A program made the position numbers and the translations under genes. The notes under the pieces were generated by a model. It saw only the letters and a program-made list of their open reading frames with translations, ran no database searches and was not told the origin of the DNA. This document shows positions 55,952 to 64,000 of a stretch of 64,000 nucleotides of DNA, one piece after another (position 1 is the first letter of the stretch; every line of letters starts with the position of its first letter). The stretch is from an uncultured Phycisphaerales bacterium (lineage in GTDB: Bacteria; Planctomycetota; Phycisphaerae; Tepidisphaerales; Tepidisphaeraceae), in NCBI GenBank assembly GCA_963844715.1, contig CAWJPJ010000006.1:416001-480000 (forward strand), written 5' to 3'.

Positions 55952-58246
55952 ATGCACATTCGCTTTGGCTATTGGCCAACGGCGGCGCTGGCGGTCTGCC
56001 TATGGGCCGCGGAAGCCGCCCTCTCGGCCGAATCCGCGACGCGGATCGACGACTCGCCGCCGCCTATGCCGGCGGTGTTGCCTGCAACAAGGGTGTCCGA
56101 ATTCGCCCCACCGCTCTTGACGCCGATTGTCGCGCCGGTGACTTCGACGCCGATTGTTACGGGGCCGACTCCGACTGTGACGGTATCCGCGCCGGCGACT
56201 CGACCCGCCGGGCCTTCGCAGCAATTGAGCCCGATCGTGGTGACGTCCAATCTCGACACGGCCCGCGATCAGATCGCGCCGAGCCTGGGGGCGGTGACAT
56301 ACACCATCGGCCAGGAGCAAATCGACTCGATTCCGCAGGGTGAGAATGCGCCGTTCCAACAGGTTTTGCTGCAGAATGCCCGGGGTCGTCGCCGACTCAT
56401 TCGGGCAGGAGCACGTTCGCGGAGAGCACGCGAACACCACGTATCGCGTCAACGGCGTGATCCTGCCGGAGCCGTTGAATGGATTCGGGCAGGAGTTGGA
56501 CACATATTTGATCGATTCGACGACGCTAATCGACGGGACGTTGCCGGCGCAATTCGGATTTCGCACGGCGGGGATCATCGACGTGACCACCAAGACCGGA
56601 CAGAGCCTCGATTCCAACGAGCTGTCCGTTTACGGTGGATCGTACGACACGTTTCAGCCGTCGTATGAAGTCGGTGGAACCAGCGGGAAATGGGATTACT
56701 TCTTCAGCGGCTCTTACAAACACAGTGATATCGGGATCGAAAATCCCGCGCCCCACGCAATACGCGATTCACGACGCCACGGATCAGTCGCGATTTTTCG
56801 GATATCTCTCCTACCTCATCGACGACACGAGCCGCCTGAGCTTCATCCTCAACGCGGCGTATTCGACGTTTCAGATTCCGGATACGGCCGATCTTCCGCA
56901 AGTTTATCCCCTGGCCGGAGTTCCGTCATATCCCTCTCAGAACATCAACGAAAACCAGACCGAGCAAACCTATTACTCGGCTGTCTCCTACCAGAAAAGC
57001 AGCGACGAGGGCTCGATCCAGGCCTCGGCATACACCAGTTATAGCCAAATTCATTACACGCCGGACCCCGTGGGCGATCTGATCTTCCTGGGCGCGGCCA
57101 GCAATATTCTCAACGGCTACGCCACGAGTGGATTGCAATTTGACGGCTCTTATAACATCAACGACTACCACACCCTCCTGCGCCGGCGTCATCGCCAACT
57201 ACACGGGCGAAAATCTCGAGACCGGCACGTCCGTCTTTGACGTCAATCCCGCGACCGGCGGCGATTTCCGGATGTGCCGACGGAGATCGACGACACCACG
57301 CGCAATCACGCCACCAGCGCGGGCGTTTATGTCCAGGACGAATGGAAAATCGCCAGGAATGTGACGATCAATTATGGCGGGCGATTCGATGTATTCGAGG
57401 CGAATTTCGACAATGAGAGCCAGTTCAGCCCGCGCGTGAACCTGGTTTGGAAAGTGGACGACAAGACGACGGCGCACATCGGCTATGCGCGGTATTTCGT
57501 GCCGCCGCCAGTGCAGTATGTGCCGCCGAGCACGATCGCCAAGTTTGCCAATACCACCAATGCGCCGAGCAACTTTATCGACGATCCGCCCAAGGTGGAG
57601 CGTTCGAATTATTACGACCTCGGTTTTTCCCGACAGATGAGCAAACAGTGGCTGGTGAACGTGGACGGTTTCTACAAACAGGCGGACCAGCTTGTTGATC
57701 TCGGTCAGTTCGGACAGGCCCTGATTCTCTCGCCATTCAATTACGAAAAGGGATTCGACTACGGCCCGGAAGTGAGCACGACTTACAAACTCGACAATTT
57801 CTCCACCTTCGGAAATTTCGCGTGGGTTCAGACCGGCGGGCGAAATATCGATTCCCAGCAGTTCCTGATCGACAGCGACGAACTGGCTTACATTCAAGAC
57901 CACTACATCAAGCTCGACCACGAATCGGCGTACACCATGTCCGCAGGCGTTTCGTACAACGTGAGCAACTACGATCTGGTCTATATCGACGCGCTCTACG
58001 GCTCGGGCCTTCGCTCCGGTTTTGCCAACCTCGACCACACCGAGCCTTACTACCCCGTCAATCTCGGCTATCAGCACGTTTTTAGAATCAGCGGGTCGGC
58101 AAATCAATCGGTCACCGCGCGAATCGATATCGTGAATGTCTTTGATCAGGTCTATCAACTCCGCAACGGGAGCGGGGTTGGCGTCGGGCGCCCCTCAATA
58201 CGGGCAGCGGCGCGGAGTTTACGTGGGCTTGGCCTACGAGTTTTGA
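55952..58246 (+). CDS. TonB-dependent receptor (several frameshifts)
   Basis: Signal peptide, PIVVT box, PGVV.DS.GQ.HVRGEH plug, YVQDEWK, SPRVNL, NVFD, C-terminal YEF. Confidence 0.85.
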
Positions 58247-58263
58247 TTTTCACAAGGCAGGAC

Positions 58264-58906
58264 GTGGCTGGCGACGAAGATGAAACCCCGGATGACGAGG
58301 AGATCGGTTTGGTCCCGATCTTCACGATGGTTCTATGGCTGACCTGCGTGGCGGTTTTTTTGGTCGGGGTGATGTTTGACGAGCCGCCCCCGGCACCGGC
58401 GACGCGGCCGACCACGACAACTCCGGTCGAGTTGCTCTCCGTGGACCTGTCGAACGAGCCCGAGCCGAGCCGGGATTTTCGGGCGCTCGTCGCGAGTTTA
58501 CCGCGGCACCGGAAGCACCGGTGATACCGGCCAGGCCCGCCGAGCCGGTGGCGGCGGAGCCCGTCGAGGCAGAGCCGGCCTTTTTGGATTTACAAACGCT
58601 CACGCCGATGCGGCTCGTTCGCGGCCACGGCCTCGGTGCGTTTGACGTTCGGCTATGGCGAGGGCCGCCAGCCGGGGCCGGAATATCCGCGCGATGCCGC
58701 CTTGGCGGGCGAGGAGGGAACTGTTGTCGCGCGTTTTGAAGTGGATGAGAGTGGGCGAGTGGGTGAAGCGGAGGCGGTCGTTCCTTGTCCGTGGCCGGAG
58801 TTGAATCAATCGGTGCTGCGACACGATCCGGCACGATTGGCGATTCTCACCGGGGCCGCCCCGGTCTTATGAAGTCTCGATCGAGTTTCGAATCAATCGG
58901 CATTGA
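58264..58906 (+). CDS. tonB: TonB family energy transducer (frameshifted)
   Basis: TM helix, Pro-rich linker, PEYP..A....EEGTV...F.VDE.G.V. Confidence 0.8.
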
Positions 58907-58923
58907 GCCGTGTGGAGTGTGAT

Positions 58924-59596
58924 ATGCACGCTGTAATGGCAAACGTGGTCATGGAATATTTCGATCGCGGCGGGCCGATGATGTGGCCCATTTTGGTGGT
59001 GATGCTCTTCGCCCTCACAGTGATCATCGAGCGGTCGCTGTGGTGGCGGTCCCTGAGCCAGCGCACCCGATCGAAGCAACTGGAAAAGAGCTTTGAGGCG
59101 ATCGCTTCCGGCGATTTTCCGCAGGCGGTGGAATTGGCGACCGGCAGTCCCGATCCGCGATTGCGGACTATTCGCGAGGGACTTTTGCATGCGCACAGTT
59201 CGCTTCTGGGGGCCATGCAGATTCGCGCCGCCGACGAACTGGAGAAGGGGGAGAAGCATCAGTGGGTGCTGGGAACGCTAATCACGCTAGCCCCCCTGCT
59301 CGGCCTGCTGGGAACGGTCACCGGGATCATGCGCAGCTTCAATTTTGTCGGCGAGGAGGATCTCGCCCCGACCAAAGTCAGCGGCGGGATCGCCGAAGCG
59401 CTGATCGCCACCGCCTGCGGTCTGGCGATCGCCATCTGCTGTTTGCTTCCTTACAACTATTTCAATCGCAAGTTGGCGCAATTTCGCCGCGCAATTGGAG
59501 CGGACCATTAACCACGTGGAACTGCTGGCACAATCGGCCAAACAGCATGGGCATGACCTGGAAGAATTCTCGCGCCGCCGGGCACTTGGCCGATAA
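58924..59596 (+). CDS. exbB: ExbB/TolQ proton channel (frameshift near end)
   Basis: [33 protein letters not shown]. Confidence 0.9.
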
Positions 59597-59610
59597 AAAG
59601 GAGATGTCTT

Positions 59611-60051
59611 ATGCCGGTCAAATTGAATTCCAAGCTTCCCGCCGACAATGCCGAGGCGCGGATCGAGATCATCCCGCTGATCGACATTATGTTTTTTCTT
59701 CTGGCGTCGTTTATGCTGGTGAGCCTTAGCATGGTGAATCTTAAGAGCATCCGGGTTAATCTGCCGACGGCCTCATCCGCTGCGACCACTACGGAACAAC
59801 GGCGGGACCTGGTTGATCTTTCGGTGGATCGCGCCGGGGAGATGTTTTTGGACAAGAAGCCCCTCGATGACCAGGAACTGGTGGCGGCGCTTTCCGAAGA
59901 AATGGCCGGCAATCCGCGGCTCCGGGTGCTGATCAGCGGTGACCGCGACGCCCGGCACGGGGACGTGATCCATGCCCTGGACCTTGTCCGCTCGGCCGGC
60001 ATTGATAAAGTGGCCTTCGAAATACACGACGCGCGAAAGGCGGGTTCATGA
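59611..60051 (+). CDS. exbD: ExbD/TolR
   Basis: IIPLIDIMFFLL..FM, VNLP, GD. Confidence 0.92.
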   Translation: MPVKLNSKLPADNAEARIEIIPLIDIMFFLLASFMLVSLSMVNLKSIRVNLPTASSAATTTEQRRDLVDLSVDRAGEMFLDKKPLDDQELVAALSEEMAGNPRLRVLISGDRDARHGDVIHALDLVRSAGIDKVAFEIHDARKAGS

Positions 60052-60551
60052 CCAAGTCGATTCTGTATTTGAATCTTTTGGGGATTCTGGTTCTGGCAAT
60101 CGTCGTTTACGTTCAATCGAAGACGAACCAGCAACAGCACCAGGTCATCGATCAGCTCAATATCAACCTGGGGCAAAGCCATTCGACGATTGACGACCGC
60201 GACAAATCCCTCCGCGACGATCAACAGCAGATTGACGATCTGCGGCTGAAGCTCGACCAGGCGACCAAGGCGCTGGCGGATAAGTCCACCGACTTCCAGA
60301 AGCTGGCGGATGAGCGGGACCAGATTGAGGCCGAGTCGCAAAAATGGCAGGCGGCGGTATCGGAGCGGGATGACGCTTTGCAGAAGGCCAATGCGAACAT
60401 TCAGGCCGACAACGCGGCAATCACCAGCCTAAAATCGGACCGCGACGATGCGATTTCAAAGTACAACGACCTGGCCAAGCAGTTCAATGATTTGACGAAT
60501 CAGCTCAATACCCTGAGGGCGACAACGAGGCAGGCGGCGGGGTCTTCGTAG
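60048..60551 (+). CDS. N-terminally anchored coiled-coil protein
   Basis: TM helix plus heptad-rich region; ATGA overlap with exbD. Confidence 0.7.
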   Translation: MTKSILYLNLLGILVLAIVVYVQSKTNQQQHQVIDQLNINLGQSHSTIDDRDKSLRDDQQQIDDLRLKLDQATKALADKSTDFQKLADERDQIEAESQKWQAAVSERDDALQKANANIQADNAAITSLKSDRDDAISKYNDLAKQFNDLTNQLNTLRATTRQAAGSS

Positions 60552-60563
60552 CAGGGGTTCCCC

Positions 60564-61892
60564 TTATCGGCGCGGGCCGACGGGGTGGAAAAGCTCCAGC
60601 GGCAGTTTGAAACCGGCGGCTTCGATTCGGGGCAGGAAGCGGGGCCTGAGGCCGCAGGCGTGAAGCTGCCCTTTGATTTTTCCCTCGGAATCGATGCCTT
60701 CTTCAACGAATTTGAAGAGTTCCTGAAGGATGACTTTGTCCCCTTCCATGCCGCCCATTTCGGTGATGCTGACGACGCGCCGCGACCCGTCGCGCAGACG
60801 GGATTGCTGCACGATCAGATGGATCGCCGAGGCGATCTGCTCGCGGACGACGCGGATGGGGAAGTCGATCCCGCCCATCAGGGCAAGCGTTTCCATTCTG
60901 CTGATGACGTCGCGGGCGGTATTGGCGTGGAGGGTGGTGAGGGAGCCGTCGTGGCCGGTGTTCATGGCCTGAAGCATGTCGAGGCAGTCGCCGCCGCGGC
61001 ACTCGCCGACGATGATCCGCTCCGGCCGCATGCGCAATGAATTTCGCACCAGTTGACGGATGGTCACTTCGCCTTTGCCGTCCGGCTTGGCGCGCTTGGC
61101 TTCGAGTGTGATGACGTGATCCTGGGCCAGCTTCAGTTCCGCGGCGTCTTCGATCGTGACAATTCGCTCTTCGGACGGGATGAAGCTGGATAGTACGTTG
61201 AGCAAGGTCGTTTTGCCCGACCCGGTGCCTCCGGCGACGACGATGTTGAGGCGCGCCAGGACTGAGGCTCGCAAAAATTCCGCGATGGGCTGCGTGAATG
61301 ATCCCAGCCGGACCAGATCGTCGGCGCTGAGCAGGCCCTTGCCGAATTTTCGGATGGTGATGCACGGCCCCGCCACGGAGACGGGGGGAATGACCGCGTT
61401 GACGCGCGACCCGTCAGGAAGGCGCGCGTCGATGAGGGGATCGTTTTCGTCCATGTGCAGGCCGAGCGGAAGGATGATCCGATCGATAATGCGGCGGACG
61501 TGGACGTCGTCCTCGAAGACGACGTCGGTCAGGACCGACTTGCCCCGGCGCTCGACATAGACGCGATCGGCGCGATTGACCATCACTTCGGTCACCGAGG
61601 GATCGTCGAGCAGCGGCTGGATGGGCCCGAAGCCGACCAGTTCGTCGAGCACTTGCTTGTGGATTTCTTCGCGCAGGCCGGCGGGAAGGCGGCCCGCGAC
61701 GGTGTCGGTTTCCTCGCGGGCTCGCAATTCGATTTCGGTTCGGGCGGCGGGGTCGTCTCGCCGCTGTAGAAGATCGGCGTGATCGGCTGTGAGGCGGCCG
61801 ATAATCTGCCACTTCAACGATCGCGATTCCACGGACTGGGCACTCCCCGCGACTGCTTCGGGGGCACTTTTGGCGATTACGGCGCTAGACAT
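60564..61892 (-). CDS. cpaF: CpaF/TadA family pilus assembly ATPase
   Basis: DARLPDGSRVNA, GGTGSGKTT, TIEDAAEL, LRMRPERIIVGECRG, MNTGHDG. Confidence 0.92.
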   Translation of the reverse strand: MSSAVIAKSAPEAVAGSAQSVESRSLKWQIIGRLTADHADLLQRRDDPAARTEIELRAREETDTVAGRLPAGLREEIHKQVLDELVGFGPIQPLLDDPSVTEVMVNRADRVYVERRGKSVLTDVVFEDDVHVRRIIDRIILPLGLHMDENDPLIDARLPDGSRVNAVIPPVSVAGPCITIRKFGKGLLSADDLVRLGSFTQPIAEFLRASVLARLNIVVAGGTGSGKTTLLNVLSSFIPSEERIVTIEDAAELKLAQDHVITLEAKRAKPDGKGEVTIRQLVRNSLRMRPERIIVGECRGGDCLDMLQAMNTGHDGSLTTLHANTARDVISRMETLALMGGIDFPIRVVREQIASAIHLIVQQSRLRDGSRRVVSITEMGGMEGDKVILQELFKFVEEGIDSEGKIKGQLHACGLRPRFLPRIEAAGFKLPLELFHPVGPRR

Positions 61893-61901
61893 CAACCTGA
61901 A

Positions 61902-62646
61902 CTATCGGCAAGTTGTCGGGGAGGGTTTTGCCTTAACAATAGCGGACTTCGCCGTTTGAACGAGCAGTTCAAATGGAGCCAGGTGCTCCGGCTCACCAAG
62001 GAGCCGCTCCGGATGCCATTGAACAGCCCCAAATAGCGGAAATGACGGGTCCTCGAACCCCTCAATAACGCCATCCGGCGCGGTGGCGATAACCTTGAGT
62101 CCACGCCCCAATTTGTCAACAGATTGCTTGTGATACGTATTGACCGATATTTCTGGCTTGCCGATGGCTGCTCCCAATTGCGAGGAAGTATCCAGGGCAA
62201 CGGGGTGACGCAGCAGGTTTTCGTCCATCTTGCGATGTTCCAGCGATTGCCCGCGCGCCAGGTCCGGCAGGAATTGATGCAAACTGCCGCCCCGATAAAC
62301 ATTCATCAGTTGCGACCCCAGGCAGATTCCCAGGGCGGGCAAGCGACGCTTTTCCACCTCGGCCAAGAGGGCTAATTCAAACTTCTGCCGCGCGGGATCG
62401 ATGGGAACGGCCTTCGGATGCCGGGCTTGTCCGAAGACGCGCCGGATCGAGATCGTCGCCGCCTGTGAACAGAATTCCGTCGAGCAGATCGACGTAGGCG
62501 GGGATCAGAGCGAGATCGGATTGATACGGAAGCAGCACGGGCAACCCCCCCGCCAACTCCACGCCCTTGGAATAATCGGCGGGAGATTCGTATTTGCCGG
62601 CTTCGCTGTGCTGGTCGATCGTGATGCCGATCACCGGTCGCGACAC
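61902..62646 (-). CDS. Gamma-glutamyl hydrolase (PuuD-like, peptidase C26; frameshifted)
   Basis: RPVIGIT, AGGLP, GICLGSQ, NTYHKQ, AVQWHPE. Confidence 0.9.
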
Positions 62647-62647
62647 G

Positions 62648-64000
62648 TTACGCCTCCAACAATTCCACCGGCTTTTTCCGCCCGGCGCGCTTTCGCTCGT
62701 TCTCGGTGAGGAGATCTTTGCGGAGGCGTATGCTGGTCGGCGTGGCCTCGACGAGTTCGTCTTCCTCGATGTATTCCAGGGCCTGCTCGAGGGTCATCTT
62801 TCGCGCGGGCTTGAGAATGATGTTCTCGTCGCTCGACGTGGTGCGCATGTTGGAGAGTTTTTTCGCCTTGGTAGGATTCACGACGATGTCGTCCTCGCGG
62901 CAATGCTCGCCGACGACCTGCCCCTGATAGACGGGCTCGCCCGGCTCGACGAAAAGCACGCCGCGGTCCTGGAGGGTGTTGAGGGCGTAGGCGTTCACAT
63001 TGGCGGCGATATTGGAAATCATCACGCCGTTGACGCGGGCGGGAACGTCCCCGCGCAAGGCGGAATATTCATGGAAATTGTGATGCATGACGGCTTCGCC
63101 CTGCGTGGCGGTGAGCATTCGGGTCCGCAGGCCGATCAATCCGCGGGCGGGAATCGTAAATTCCAGATGCGTATGTCCGTCGCGGGTGTCCATGCGGACC
63201 AGTTCGCCGCGGCGATTGCCGACCAGTTCCATCACGGCGCCCAGATTCTTCTCCGGGACGTCGACGACGAGATATTCGATCGGCTCCTGCACCGTACCGT
63301 CTTCCAGTTTCTTCACGATGACGTGCGGCTTGCTGATGGAAAGCTCGTACCCCTCACGCCGCATGTTTTCGATGAGGATGCCCAGATGCAACAGCCCGCG
63401 TCCCGAGACTTTGAGGGCATCTTTGTTCTCGGTCTCCTCGACCTTCAGGGCGACGTTGCTCTCCAGTTCCTTCATCAGCCGCTCGCGAAGATTTCGGCTG
63501 GTGACGTACTTGCCTTCTTTGCCGGCGAAGGGGGAATCGTTGACGCTGAACATCATGGTCAGCGTTGGCGGCTCGATCTCGGCGGCCTCGAGGGGCTGCG
63601 GATCGACCGGATCGCAGACGCTGTCCGCGATGTCAACGGTTTCCAATCCCACCAGCGCCACGATGTCGCCGGCCTCGGCGTCATCCACGTTCTTGCGGCC
63701 CAGCCCGTCAAAGACCTGGACCTGCTGAACCTTGGACTTGATGCGCGTTCCGTCGCGGCGGACCACGGTGATCTGCTGGCCGGACTTGATCACGCCGTTG
63801 TGAATGCGCCCGACGCCGATGCGCCCGACGTAGTCGTTGTATTGGATGCTGCTGATCTGAATTTGCAGAGATTTTTCCGGGATCGCCATGCGGCGCGGGA
63901 ACGTGCTTCAGAAGCGCCTCGAAAACCGGGCGGATGTCCGTGCCGGGCTCCTCCAATTTCCAGGAAGCCGTACCGGCTCGCCCGCTGGCGTAGAGAACCG
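62648..64000 (-). CDS. typA: Translational GTPase TypA/BipA, 5' part outside the window
   Basis: NDSPFAG.EGKYVTSR, GRGLLHL.ILIENMRREG, PARGLIG, K.LSNMR. Confidence 0.96.

Overview
GC-rich bacterial chromosome segment with a Planctomycetota-like gene repertoire (Phycisphaerae/Tepidisphaerales is my inference): three PEP-CTERM proteins, three TPR-GT41 (SPINDLY-like) transferases, a membrane-extended ECF sigma factor, a BlaI/M56 pair and a BBP2-type porin. Housekeeping genes include maf, ribE, pdxA, xylA, nfo, groES-groEL, scpB and typA, plus tRNA-Ala(GGC) and tRNA-Ala(TGC). About 20 genes, including core ones, carry single-base frameshifts. I read these as long-read assembly errors rather than pseudogenes, and they also create false fusions in the ORF track. 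Mobile and repeat DNA: (i) a complete 894-bp IS5-family element (19-bp TIRs, TAA duplication) inserted into a microsatellite-armed hairpin; (ii) a Y1/HUH RAYT-like transposase after groEL flanked by four REP-like palindromes, with a fifth copy about 16 kb away; (iii) a GIY-YIG nuclease joined to the 3' end of tRNA-Ala(GGC) by a structured palindromic spacer; (iv) a set of intergenic hairpins with arms of 6-9-nt tandem units, one of which appears to encode the N-terminus of a lipoprotein. Other candidate systems: PEP-CTERM genes each followed by a protein glycosyltransferase, an M56-PstS-like sensor fusion, an ECF-TM sigma with a GyrI-like partner, a thioredoxin-like protein coupled to an HFH-motif histidine kinase, and an acyltransferase with a sphingomyelin-synthase-like enzyme. 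I found no CRISPR array, rRNA or prophage.
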